A DNA stretch of 63,561 nucleotides from Dicyema japonicum (GCA_011109175.1 RDEW01000027.1:198239-261799), one strand, 5' to 3'; positions 26,101-37,959 are shown, counted from the first letter of the stretch. Numbers and translations: made by a program. Notes: a model not told the origin generated them from the sequence alone.

Positions 26101-26558
26101 TTATTATTTATTAATTAAGCACTACCGCGTTGCCATAAGCACGTAAGATGCCTAGGGTTTTGCTCGTGCAGAACACACACTTTATTTAAGTAAAGAAAGT
26201 TTTTTTTTATCCATAACAATTTATTGAAGAATAAAACCAAATAGTTAAAGGCTACTGGCTGCTCTCAGGATTGAGAGCGCATTTCCCCGCACTTCTCCTT
26301 TGACTTTCAGTAAAGAAAGTTATTATAACTAATCGTAGAGGGAGAACCAAAGAATGCTCTTCACTTCTTTGTTTTTTTTCTTGTGTGTATGTCTTTTTGA
26401 CTATCCAGTTCCGCAGTGAATCTCCACTGATGACGACGTCACTCGTCAAGCCCTTTCCGCATCGTAGATGCGTGGAACCTTCCACCAGGTGAACAGCAGC
26501 GAGAATCGAACCCGTGACCTAAGCCACTTTAGCCCGACAGCTAACCACTATGCCCCCT
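26101..26558 (-). mobile_element. tRNA-headed SINE, copy A
   Basis: Head GGGGCATAGTGGTTAG...GGTTCGATTC (A/B-box-like), shared core, and tail ...AGTGCTTAATTAATAA. Confidence 0.8.
26201..26308 (-). mobile_element. 108-bp 5'-truncated CRE-like insertion within the SINE
   Basis: 12-bp TSD AGTAAAGAAAGT at 26189-26200 and 26309-26320; poly(A) tail; translates VRGNALSILRAA. The empty site is visible at ~37845-37860. Confidence 0.75.
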
Positions 26559-26659
26559 TTGTTTACAGTTAAACGCAAAAAAAACAAAATAATTTGAAAA
26601 ATAATATAATTGTTTTATTTTTTCCTTAAAATGTCCTAATTGTACTATTTTTTATTTAA

Positions 26660-27515
26660 AATTGACTCTGTTTCGAGGAAGATTCTTCGTCGAACATTGA
26701 CGCAAACCTGAAATTATGGTTGGGAAATTTCTCGAGTGGTCGACAAGGAAGAGTACACTATGCATTCGATGTTCCGTATCGAGACTATTAGCAAATAGCG
26801 TTCCCCAGGGGTCCCCATTATCTCCTTTCTTGTTTAACCTTATGATGAATGACTTGCCACTCCCACAGGAAGACGATGACATATTATTGACGTATGCGGA
26901 TGATATAGTCATTATCTCGAGGGATGTGAGTATTATTGAAGCAGCGAAAAAAATACAGGACAATCTGAATAAAATAAGTTTATGCCTTTGGGAAAATCAA
27001 TGGACTGCTAACCCTGAGAAGTCGGTGTTGGCCCTATTCACGACAAACAGAAGACTATGGAAAGTATCACACTGGATGGGAAAAATAGCCTGCAAAAAAA
27101 TCCAGAAAATCCTAGGAGTTACCTTTGAAACCTTCTTATATCTGAGTGGATTGGATGTCATATACAAACAGTTCATCAAGGCTACAATAGGATACACGTG
27201 TAATGTCTGGGGATCTAACCTTGCTGCAACGGATTTGGACAAGATCTGCAAAATTCAAGTGAAGGCAGCAAACCTACTAAAGAAATCTTCCCGTGTGGAA
27301 ATCCTGCCCAGAAACCTTGAAAATATGATAGAGGCGACTGGAACAATGCCCCTGCGAAGGACTTGAGTATGTGGACCCCGTCCATATCGGAAATGCGCAA
27401 GAACGCAGTCGAAACACCGAGAAAAAATGCGAAGACTATTGAAGGAGGCTGGGATCACCTGAATTTTGTTTATTTTTGATATGACGGTGGTTTTCTGGTT
27501 CAATACTAATAATAA
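26660..27515 (+). mobile_element. I/Jockey-like LINE, 5'-truncated RT and 3' end
   Basis: VPQGSPLSPFLFNLMMND, YADD, ILGVTF; ends AGIT* with (TAA)n tail. Confidence 0.85.
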
Positions 27516-27619
27516 TAAAATGTCCTAAAAAATTGTCCTATTATTTATTAGTATTAAATCTAAATTACCAGAAACAATAAAAATTATTAAATTTTAATTT
27601 AAATTTAAAAATTATTCAA

Positions 27620-28709
27620 ATGAAGGTTCCATGGTATCCTTGTGAGTCATAAAATATACAGGGTAGAGAAATACCGTCCAAAGTACTTAAATGATGTTAT
27701 CGGAAATATTGAGGCTGTGAATCATCTCAAAATTTTTTCACAGAACGGAAATATTCCAAATCTTATTATTTCTGTAATTATTATGTTTACTTGATCAGGG
27801 TCCTCCAGGAACTGGAAAAACTACAAGCGTCCTCTGCTTAGCTCGTGCTCTTCTAGAAGATTCATTCAGCATGGCCGTCCTTGAATTGAATGCCTCTCAT
27901 GAACGGTAGACAAATGATCAGAATCTTTTAGAGGAATCGATGTGGTGAGGAATAAAATAAAAGATTTTGCCCAGAAGCGAGTCAAATTAGCAGAAAACGT
28001 ACACAAAATGGTGATCCTCGACGAGGCCGACAGTCTTACTCGCTCAGCACAGCAGGCCATGCGGAGAACGATCGAAATTTATTCCAAAAATACCCGATTT
28101 GTCTTTGCCTGCAACGATTCTACAAAAATCATTGGTATTTGGTCAAAATAACCCCAGAACCCATCCAGTCCCGCTGTGCTATAATTCGGTTCACAAAACT
28201 GGCCGATGCCCAAATATATGACTGCATTCTGCGGATAGCACAGGAGGAGAAAGTTTGCTACGACGAAGACGGACTCCGAGCCATCGTTTTTTGTTCAGAC
28301 GGGGACATGAGAAATGCCATAAACAATTTACAGTCAACGGTGACAGGACTGTCGGATGTTACTTCGGAAAACGTCTTTTCGGTGGGTTTTTTGCTAAAAA
28401 CAGATTTGTGATGAGCCTAGGCCCAGTTTGGTGAAGGAAATACTGGATTCATGTGTGAATGGGCAGATTGATGATGCCGAACGGGTTATGGCTGAGTTTG
28501 TACAGATGGGATATTCTGCGCATGACATTATTTCGATGTTGTTTCGTGTTTGTAAGTCGCACGGAGAGTTGGGGGAGGAATTGCAGATTGCGTTTATGAA
28601 GGAAATTGGACTTGGACAGTTGAGGCTTTCTTCTGTCGGCTTGGAATCAGAAATTCAACTTTTTGGCCTTTTGGCTAAGCTTTGTTTGGTCTCCTCTGTC
28701 AAAAATTAA
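27620..28709 (+). CDS. RFC2: Replication factor C subunit 2 (yeast Rfc4 orthologue), 321 aa, 6 exons
   Basis: Introns of 28,25,26,23,22 nt. Motifs [45 protein letters not shown] and [12 protein letters not shown]. Confidence 0.95.
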
Positions 28710-29856
28710 TTTTACTGGTGGTTAGTTGATTTTTTGTACAATATTTTTCTTATTTTATTTATTTAATAACCTCGGATATACCGGAAGAGGTTAGGAATTA
28801 ATTAAGGTCTAAGGGATATCCAGTTCCAACGGACAGACTAAGGCGCATCCTTTCTTAAAGCTACGTCCATCCATATCTGCAGTTGAATCTACAGTGGAGT
28901 GGGGAAGAGAGAGATCCTTTTTGGGTTCCGATCAGGCGCTGGGCGTATCCTGAGACATGCGGTCGATCACATGAAACCTCTTAGGGGATAGCAAAAAGAA
29001 ATTACCTAGATAGGGAAGTTAACTCACGATTTATTACTACTAGAGTGACAGAATTAATGTAATAATTTTTTCTACTTAAGTTAGTACCGGCGGATCCTTG
29101 TGAGGAACGATTAGCATGATTATGATCTTGCTCGAGTTATATTACTAATTTTCTTACTTTTAAGTGCAAATTACTCAATCGACTGTGATATTGACTCATA
29201 TTATTCTCATGTTGTGGAGGGAGACGCCAAGAAAAGCTAGGACTCTATTGCAGTACAAGACACTGGACGACGCTAACTAACATCTGGTTGTATGTATCAT
29301 GTCGGCCACCCATCGCAGAAATGGGGCATGGCCTGAGACCCTATCATGATTGTCTCTAGGAACACTCCTTGACATTCTACGGGCCCTCAAAGCTGCATGG
29401 TTTATGGCTTAACTGGAGTTTTTAGGCTTGTAAAGACATAGATCTAATAAAGAGTGGGAGAGATCAAAAAAAGGAAAATGAAATTTTGATCTCAAAGTCC
29501 CTTTTTTAAATGTATTTTTGTTAACTTTAAACGAATCCAACACTTATTATTGTTGGATAACTTATTTTCTAACCTCACGATGACCACCACTCGGTCATGA
29601 TAGCTGTCACCGAGACCTGAAACTCTTACAAAAGTACACAACCTCAGGACAGTTCGTTTTAAATCCGTCGTATCCGAAACTCCTGGAATTCTAGGATCCA
29701 AATAGCTTCCTTCATATGTGATCGTTGATAGCAAAAAGTGTAGAGATAACTGAAAAGAGGAATGGCTGATTGACCACCAAAAGCTTAATATCGATTGCAG
29801 CTTAAAAGACAACAAAAATTGATTAGAAATAACAAAAGTAAGAGCAGTCAGACTGC

Positions 29857-30193
29857 CTAATTCATCAAAATCTTTAATTTGTCCATTTTAATCCTGGATC
29901 TCTTCAATCCACCGAGCTACAATTAAATAAATTTTTACTCGTTTCTTTAGAAATTTTTGAGCCTTTTTTGTCCTATTCTGGTTCATAAATTCGAAGACTC
30001 GCTTCTCATAAGGAGCAAGGCCAACCATTTCTCTAACGAGACTACGCCTGAACTCAGAAATTTTAGTAATTCTCTAAATCAGGTAAAAATACAAAAATAC
30101 CCCCTTCTTTCTGGAAGGTCTAGGCTCTCTCTTTAACTTTGATGTTTTATAATTTTTGATTGGAAAAAGAACATGACTGTTAGGTCCAGGCAT
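29857..30193 (-). CDS. RPL36: 60S ribosomal protein eL36, 95 aa, 3 exons
   Basis: Introns 30074-30100 (27 nt) and 29917-29938 (22 nt); RPSRKKGRITK...VREMVGLAPYEKRVFE...KAQKFLKKRLG. Confidence 0.92.
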
Positions 30194-30329
30194 CACCACA
30201 AACGTTATTCCACGTGTATTTTAAAATATAAGTTTATAAAATAATTATAACTTTAATATTTATATAATAATATATTATTCGTATAGAATCATAAAATCTT
30301 TAATGTTGAATTTGAAAATACATGAGAAG

Positions 30330-31030
30330 ACATTTCCAAGGAACTATGTGATAACTTACAGAGCAGTTAAAGGGTACAAACGTTCACGGGAAAGTTCGAT
30401 TTATTTTATGAATTTGTGTAAGGAGATTGAGAATATTTTCCAGGTGAATGGGTTCACATTGGGATCATGTACCTCTCATTAAAAAAGAATATTGCTAATC
30501 TCCGAAAGATTTATGCTTAATTTATATAAATTGACAACGAAATGTGTTAGCGGAAAATTATTTGATTTTGTTGAAACATAAGAACTTATTTCAAACAATC
30601 GAAAGCATGTGCTAGGGTGTAAAGGTTCAGGCTCTGATCGATCAATGTATTCATCGGGAATTAGGAAATTGCTTATATTCAGCTTGGATTGATGTGAAAT
30701 AAGCATTTGACCCGTTCGGTCGCGAATTTCTGTTTCAAATTTTTGAATGTTGTGGACTTACGCATCGGATTATTAATTTCATCAGAATTCTGGTAGCTAA
30801 ATGGCAAGTCAAATTCAATTTTCAAAACACGAAATTAAAACAGTAAAGATACCGAGGGAGATGCTGCAAAAGGATTCATTGCCTCCACAGTTTTTTTTCT
30901 TATGATGGATTTTTTGAGTAGGTTGTCGAGTGGAAAATACCCAAAAGTGTATATTAGTCAATCAACCATATCAATGATAACTTATGACTCGGACCATTTG
31001 CTTTTTATGGATTTTGAAAATATTATCTAA
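30330..31030 (+). mobile_element. R4-like RT remnant
   Basis: WIDVK*AFD, (Q)KDSLPPQFF and DHLLFMD motifs, homologous to 61200-61700. Confidence 0.6.
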
Positions 31031-31050
31031 AAAAAGATAACTATTATTGA

Positions 31051-31305
31051 GTTATCGGAAATATTGAGGCTGTGAATCATCTCAAAATTTTTTCACAGAC
31101 CGGAAATATTCCAAATCTTATTATTTCTGTAATTATTATGTTTACTTGATCAGGGTCCTCCAGGAACTGGAAAAACTACAAGCTTCCTCTGCTTAGCTCG
31201 TGCTCTTCTAAAAGATTCATTCAGCATGGCCGTCCTTGAATTGAATGCCTCTCATGAACGGTAGGCAAATGATCAGAATCTTTTAGAGGAATCGATGTGG
31301 TGAGG
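31051..31305 (+). pseudogene. 255-bp partial duplicate of RFC2 (27696-27950), introns retained
   Basis: Four substitutions: three nonsynonymous (N>T, V>F, E>K) and one intronic. No start codon; runs into a stop and a CRE-like element. Confidence 0.95.
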
Positions 31306-31860
31306 TCCTGGCTATGGGGTTAGAGCGTAAGCCTGCCCCATCTTCTCGGAAACCCTCTCTATCCCATGTCCTGAAGAAACGCGTGAGTGCCTTTATGGAT
31401 TCATGGGAGTCCCTGGCTGAAGAATTATTTGTTTCACCAGTTGATTACTTCCCAAAGTCCGATTCCACGCAGTCCAGTATGGCTCCTGAGAGGCTTCGCT
31501 CTCGTGTCAGGAGGAAATTGATGGAGGGCGATCTTACTGCTGCAGTTCGAACTGTTTGTACGGATTCTGACCCGGTGAAAGCCACTCAGGAGACACTCTG
31601 TATATTGGGACAGAAACATCCTCCTGAACCAGAAGACTTTTGTAAACCTGTTCGTCCAGAACANNNNNNNNNNNNNNNNNNNNNNNNNNNNNNNNNNNNN
31701 NNNNNNNNNGATGAGTTGGTTCGTAAGATCGGCTCCATGATTCAAGCTGTGACCAAGGATCCGCGAGAGACTGGTTGGTTCCGAGAACGTATCTCGTTGG
31801 CTATTGTTAGGGGAAATAGCATGGCCATTCAGATGCCTTAATTTTGAACTCTTTTTCATT
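31306..31860 (+). mobile_element. CRE-like retrotransposon pieces joined across an N gap
   Basis: KLMEGDLTAAVR...L..KHP before the gap; WFRERISLAIVRGNS after it. Confidence 0.75.
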
Positions 31861-32329
31861 AATAAATTTTCTATTATTGAGATGGTGGAAGACATTGAAG
31901 TATTTTTTAAATCAGCTAGACTTGAAAAAAACAATTACAATTTGGCTACTAATCTGGTCTGCTTCTCAAAGGAAGCAAAATTTGAATGTGAGTCAAAGGA
32001 GTTTTAAGACAATCCGTTCCTTGAGACGACGGAGAAGGTTCCTGCCTGGATGAGTTGGGAAAAGGTAAAGTGAACACAAGTTTGTCTAGGAAATCCATAT
32101 TTTGAGCTTCATTGATGGAGGAGATTGATTTTCCCAGCTGACTTGTCGCTTACGGCCACTCGATATATCGTTAATGAGACAGGTAAGATAGAAGGTGGCT
32201 TGGATTGGTGTCCTTTGTGGATGCAAACATGAATGCTTCTTGACTTCCGGATATCGGAGATAGAGAGTAGATCGTTCATCTCGGCGAAATCCTCATCCAG
32301 TTTGGGGGATTCTTTGTATAAAGGTAGCA

Positions 32330-32910
32330 GTCTTGGACAATCGAGCGGAGCTCAGAAGAAAAGAACCCATGACGACTGTACGGGAATGCGCTCAATGAGC
32401 AGTTCCCTTCTCCTTTGACTTTCATCTTTTTGAGCACACAATGGGAGTTATTCCTCATGATCGCGAGCCAAATGTTCTGGGAGAGCCATCGGGTCATTCT
32501 GGACTCTCATTTCTGCAGTCCCGCAAATTGCACGATCAACCTGATAAAATTTGGCCAAGCACGTCATACATCTCAACGGAAATTAGCTAGCAAACTGGTC
32601 CCCAATGCTACAGTACTTCCTCTTTTTCAAATATCCAGCAGTGCTCGCTGCGAAACCCACACGCAATGATGACTTGAGCAAATTCCCGTTAGAGAAAGTT
32701 TCCATGCACGTTGAATCAAAGGCAAGTCACCTCCCCTAACTCCATGGCATGGGCGTTACGCGTCTGGCTTCTTGTCATCACCTCTGTCAAAACGGATGTG
32801 TTCCAGAGGGTAAGTAAACCCGGCGTCTTCGATAGCCCTCGAGTTTAACATAGCGTGACGAGGGAATCTCCCGGCGCTCCATCTGCATGACAGCTGATGT
32901 AATCTTTTCC
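32330..32910 (-). mobile_element. CRE-like REL endonuclease region
   Basis: AGRFPRHAMLN, RGDDKKPD, TPMPW and terminal GNC motifs. Confidence 0.7.
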
Positions 32911-33149
32911 TGTAAACCATATATCTTAAAATCAATATAAATATCAAAATTTCGACTCTGGACAGTATTTTGCCATAAAGGTCCTTGATGTTGCTTTGGT
33001 CCTTGATGTTCTCTCTTTTAACGTTCAATGCAATAGGAATCTCTAGTGCATGGAAAAGAAAAGAACTTTGTGAAGACCTTTCAAAATACAAGATATCAGT
33101 CGGATGTCTCCAAGAGACAAAAATATCGAAGGAGTTTGAAGAACAACTC

Positions 33150-35100
33150 TGAAAGTTAAAGTTAATCTTTCTCTCTGGGAGATCAAAACACTACGGGCTT
33201 GGATTCACTGTAAGAATGGACCTACTCCGGCGCATATACAGTTATTGGACAATCAATGAAAGGATTGGGATTTTACAAATAACATTGGACAATCATAACT
33301 CTATCTTACTGTTATTAACGCATATGCTCCACATAGTGGATGGATCAATAAGAAACCCGAGGAGATTGGCGACTTTTATGCGAAACTGTCTGATGTTTAT
33401 TCTAATTATGCTAATTCCACATTAATATTGATTGCCAGTGATCTTAATGCAAAAGTTGGAAATCGAATCACTATAGAAGAATCATTCATTGGAAGACATG
33501 GAATGGGGAAAGGAACATTGCAGAAACCTTGTTAGCCATCTTTTGTCAACCAAATAATCTATTCCTTTGTAACACGGCCTTTATGCACTCGGCAAGACAC
33601 AGGACAATTTGGTCAGGCAATAGAACGAAGTCTGACGGAAGCCTTGCGAAAATCTACAATCAACTAGACTACATTATTTTCAGACAAAAAGACCGCAGTA
33701 TTGTCAATGATGCCGTGCTTATGGAGGGTCTATACTTGACAGCGATCACAAGATGGATATTGCCAAAATGTCCTTAAAGAAACTTATGGGTTTGCAAAGG
33801 ATGAAAAGAAAATGCAATGAAAAAATGGAACTGCGGGGGAAGTGATAAGTTATAGACCATCTAAGGAACAATACTATCCAGGGAGAGGAATTCAGAAAAT
33901 TTCTGGATGAGGGATTGGAAGAAATATCAGTAGATTTGGCACAGCAAATTGCGTGGACCTTGGTCAAACAGAAGATCATGACTGCTGCGGATATATATAT
34001 AAAAGAGGACTACGTAACTAATACACCCACTGAAGAAATAACCGCTTTGAAATTTCAAACTGAAAGCAAGATTCTAACTGAAAGACAATAACAGTCCCGT
34101 CCAGATGGCTTAAATGGTTAATTTTTCAAATATGGAACGCAAAAACTACACAAGATATTTGCTTGGATTCTAAACGAAACGTACAGTAGAGGAGCCACCT
34201 TTCCACTTGGAAGAAGGACTATTGATACCAGTACAGAAACCAACAAAAAAGCGGGGAAAGTTGAGAACATAATACCAGTGGTCTTAACCAACACATTGCG
34301 GATGATACTAGTCAATATTACGCTTCAAAAATGGAGGGACGCCAAGACTCGTATTTGTCGGGTTTTCAAAGTGGCTTCCGCAAAAGGATGTTATATGGAG
34401 CCACAAATAGAGAAGTGCGACTGTTCAGAAATTTAAAATAACGACAGCTATCCTGGAGATTGATATGTCAAAGGCCTTTGATTCCGTCAACAGAAACAAG
34501 CTGCTGCAAATACTGGAGCACTTCTTGGAAGGCTCAACGATTAGGATGGTCAGGACTGGGATAGCTTTATCGAGAACATTTGAGACGACAATTGATACCC
34601 CTCAAGGAGATCTATTACCCGCGATTTTGTTTATTATTTATCTGGAGGCAGCTCTACGAGACTTGAAGCCTCATATCGGAGAAGGAACGAGCATAATAGC
34701 ATTTGCGGATGAAGTGGATTTTATTTCAAATAACAAAAAAAAGTTAATTGCACTTTTGGATAAAATGCTTGATAAAATGGCTGAATGGTCATTAAAAGTA
34801 AACACAAACAAAACTGAAATCAGGGAGCTAAGAAGTGAGGAAAGGACCGAGGAGCACTGGCGTAGATCAAAAAACTAGGATCCCTTCTCGGTGACACCGA
34901 AGATATAACACGTAGGAAGACACTAACTAATGTCGCTTTCCACAAAATAAAGAAAACGTTGCTTCTGCACAAAGGGCTTGACCCTAAAACTCGAATGAGA
35001 CTATTCAATACCCTAGTGAGGCCAATCTTATTATGTAATGCCGGTACATGTACAAGATGACATGTACAAGGCAGGAACTCGAAAAGTTGAATTCTTTTCA
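33150..35100 (+). mobile_element. RTE LINE pseudogene (APE + RT)
   Basis: ASDLNAKVG, YNQLDYI, DMSKAFDSV, TPQGD and FADEVD motifs. Confidence 0.85.
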
Positions 35101-35232
35101 CCCGGCCGTCGCAGACATCACTTCATTCTTTAGCACATGAGTTTTCATAATGTAAAGTCTTCACCACTTGGTTGTATATAATTTTACAATTTAAAAAAAA
35201 TATTTAAATTAAAATAAATAAATTAAACCGGG

Positions 35233-36104
35233 ATGTGGAACGTTGCAGGTCACTTTTTAAACCTTTAATATTTTAGATGGCAGCTTTGCTTCGGAGTCGG
35301 AAACAAAGGCATTTGGATCACCAGCAGACACAAAAGTAAAAGAATAACTTACCCATAGATTAAACAACGTTCTCAAACGTTGATTCCATGCTCCATATCC
35401 CAGCTTGTGGTTTCTCAACAAATTGACGACCGATTCGTTATAGGACGGGCTGAACTCTCCCAAGTTGTATTTGTTTCTAGCTAGATAACAATCGTCGGGC
35501 TCATAAAATCGGTGAAGGAGTCCCCGTCTCGACTGGACTATGAACTCGACGACCACTCCGGTTATACCATCCAAGTGAAACTCTTTGTGGATGTTGAGGT
35601 CCTGCTTAATATTAATTTTCAGGACAGTTCAGTGAGTCAACTCCATGAGGGTCAATATGTCCGGGTATTTGGGAACCTACGGTCCTTTGCTTCTGTTCGC
35701 AGTGTCGTGGCCTTCAAAATTTTGCCAATTATGGACATAAATGAGATTACTATGCATTTGGCTGAAGTCGTTTACTCTCATTTGTTCATAAGTCGTCCAC
35801 CAAAGACAGCCGCTCCTAAAATGGCGGATTTCCCTTCGAATTTTCAAACATCCAACGCGAGCAACTCTTTTCTCGAAGGAGGATTAACTCCCGTTCAAAG
35901 GCAAGTCATGGAAGCAATCAGGGCCAACAAGGACGAGCAGGGAATTCACATGAGTGCACTGCAAAGACAGCTAAGGAACTTGGGGGCTTCAGTTTTGAAG
36001 TTTATTTGTTGTTAATGTGCAGTGAGACTGTTGATAAACTTAGTGAAGAAGGGTATATATACTCGACTATTGATGAGCATCATTTTAAGACCACTGATTG
36101 TTGA
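35233..36104 (+). CDS. RPA2: Replication protein A 32 kDa subunit, 250 aa, 6 exons
   Basis: Introns of 28,23,21,24,23 nt. Starts MWN; motifs IPCSISQL, ITIVG, YELDDHSG, YVRVFGNLRSF, VVAFKILP, GLTPVQRQV and EGYIYSTIDEHHFKTTD. Confidence 0.93.
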
Positions 36105-36281
36105 TTTGTTTTTTTCTATGGTTTTTTGTTTTACTGAATTTTGCTACCTTTGTAAAATCTCCATGTTACCCTGCATGTCCAGCAAGTGACTCCACTGTGT
36201 TTTTAAAGTACCTCCGTAGTTTTTTTTTATGAGCATTTATTTATCCCTCTACGTGGTCTGTTAAGTTAAAGAAGACGTTTG

Positions 36282-36738
36282 CTAACAGGAAGTAGCCACC
36301 AAATTCGGACGTTTATGGATATCTGTCGATGGTAGCTGGGGCGGTGCTGAACTCGAAGGGGTTGCAGGACAAAAGAAGTGGCCCGTTTTTTGTCCTCCAT
36401 AAAGGCAGAAAGGGCATCGTACGATTCTGTTCAAACATTCATGTAAATCCACATGGTAACCGCATTGAAGGCGTGGCAAGTGGACACAAGCTTCCCATGG
36501 TATGGAAATGTTTGCAAGTAATCGATCAGGTCACACTTTTCATGGCCGACTGTTTTTTGCATCCATTGATTAAGAGTCGAAAAGCAATTTTGTTTTTTTT
36601 TAGATGAGTTACCCGTAACAGTGAATAGCTCTTTTATCGAAAAAAAATTTTTTTTCCATAAATTCTTAGCAAAAAAGTTTGGAACAAGCATTGAACTCGA
36701 ATAAAAAAGATAAAAGGTCACTTGATTAGTGAGAACAT
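36282..36738 (-). CDS. Unresolved spliced coding region; separate gene or BRD7/9 3' exons
   Basis: ATG 36738, a 26-nt GT-AG intron (36696-36721) and an ~90-codon open frame; the 3' splicing is ambiguous. Confidence 0.35.
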
Positions 36739-36836
36739 CTGTTCAAAGACCTAAACTTTTAGGGAACTCTCCCCAATGGGTGTTTAAGGTATCGGATCGC
36801 AATATAATTACAATTTATAAACCGAAAGTAATGTAA

Positions 36837-37487
36837 CTATTTTAAATACGGCGTTTTATGAGTAATTGGCTTCAGATCCGCCCACTTGAAAGTATGAGAG
36901 CCTTCAAGAAGAGGTCTAAAAAACAGTTCCCCACCACGAGTAGTCAGATACCCAACTTTACATTTGTTAGCCTTATTTAAATGTCTCCTTGCTTCCTTAT
37001 TGTAGAACGGGGAAACCAACACATCCAACTCTCTGCTTGTTACTAGCCTATCTTACTTATTAACTGTGTAATTCCTATTGACTACACGTGACTTGAAGTG
37101 AGGTATTATTGGAAGAGATCCAGAACATCTCTAAAATGAGCACGTGACATTACAAAGAATATTTTGTTTATGCACCCTTCTAGCTTGTTGGCCGCCCTGT
37201 AGAAGACTGTTTCGGGAGTGTTGTATAGTTTGGCATTGGAACATATTAATTGGAGGTCACTTTTGTATTGGAATATGTCTTTGTAGCAATTTGAGTCTAT
37301 TTTTCTATGGATTGTCTGAAAGTTCATTGGATTGGCGACTATTTGGGAGTAACAAGGAGCAATATCGTCTGTGACTGGCTCATAGAACAGTTGAACTGGA
37401 TCTTTACTGTCATATTTAATTTTCCAATTACCTTTGAAAATAAAGAGTCAAATCATGCAAGTAACCACATAAGTCGAAGGTAGTCAT
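36837..37487 (-). CDS. BRD7/BRD9-like bromodomain protein, ~193 aa
   Basis: Introns of 25, 23 and 21 nt. KDPVQLFYEPVTDDIAPCYSQIVANPMNFQTI...NAKLYNTPETVFYRAANKL matches the BRD7/9 bromodomain; acetyl-lysine-binding Asn retained. Confidence 0.8.
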
Positions 37488-37608
37488 TGTTTAAACAATT
37501 TAATAAAATTTATAAATTTATTAATTTTTTAATCGTATAACAAAAATAATGGTTAACCTTGTAAGAGTGATTGACCAAAAAATAAAAATTTAAAACCTAT
37601 AAAATACT

Positions 37609-37920
37609 GGGATAGTGGTTAGGTGTCGGGCTAAAGTTACTTTGGTTACCAGTTCGATTCTCGCTGCTGTACAACTGGTGGAAGGTTCCATGCATCTACG
37701 ATGCCAAAAGGGTTTGACGAGTGACGCCGTCATCAGTGGATACTCACTGCGGAACTGGATTGTCTAGAAAGGACCCACACACAAGAAAAAGAAAAAATAA
37801 GTGAAGATAATTCCTTGATTCTAAGATTAGTTAAAATTAACTGTTCTTTACTTAAATAAAGTGTGTGTCCTGCCTATGCGGAACTATAAATACTATGGCT
37901 CTCGTGAAAAGGCTATTATA
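37609..37920 (+). mobile_element. tRNA-headed SINE, copy C, with RTE-derived tail
   Basis: TAGTGGTTAG and AGTTCGATTC boxes; tail ctataaatactatggctctcgtgaaa matches the RTE 3' end at 63060-63110. Confidence 0.8.
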
Positions 37921-37959
37921 TATGTGGAATCTATCATATCAACCTGTGCAAAGAAAATC

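Larger units (their letters stand above)
22484..27550 (+). mobile_element. Second CGGBP1-like hAT copy, split by nested LINE, Tigger, SINE and CRE insertions
   Basis: Left end TAGGGAGGAAATTGTCCTA resembles the reverse complement of copy 1's right end (TAGAGCGAAAAT). Segments 22680-22800, 24948-25260, 25900-26090, 26560-26652 and 27516-27545 match 6000-6130 and 8747-9585 in order. Confidence 0.6.

Noticed and set aside
26420-26455. CTGATGA followed by a hairpin (hammerhead-like)
   Set aside because: No GAAA core after stem II, and it lies antisense to the SINE.
26490-26558. tRNA-like sequence with A/B boxes (also at 37609 and 21047)
   Set aside because: No acceptor stem or consistent anticodon arm, and it is always fused to the same core, so it is a SINE head rather than a tRNA gene.
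29492-29815. 107-aa ORF downstream of RPL36
   Set aside because: Starts at a non-ATG codon, shows no motif, and trial splicing gave early stops.
27620-36104. RFC2 and RPA2 within ~8 kb as a replication gene cluster
   Set aside because: They are separated by RPL36 and transposons, with no sign of co-regulation; chance proximity is sufficient.
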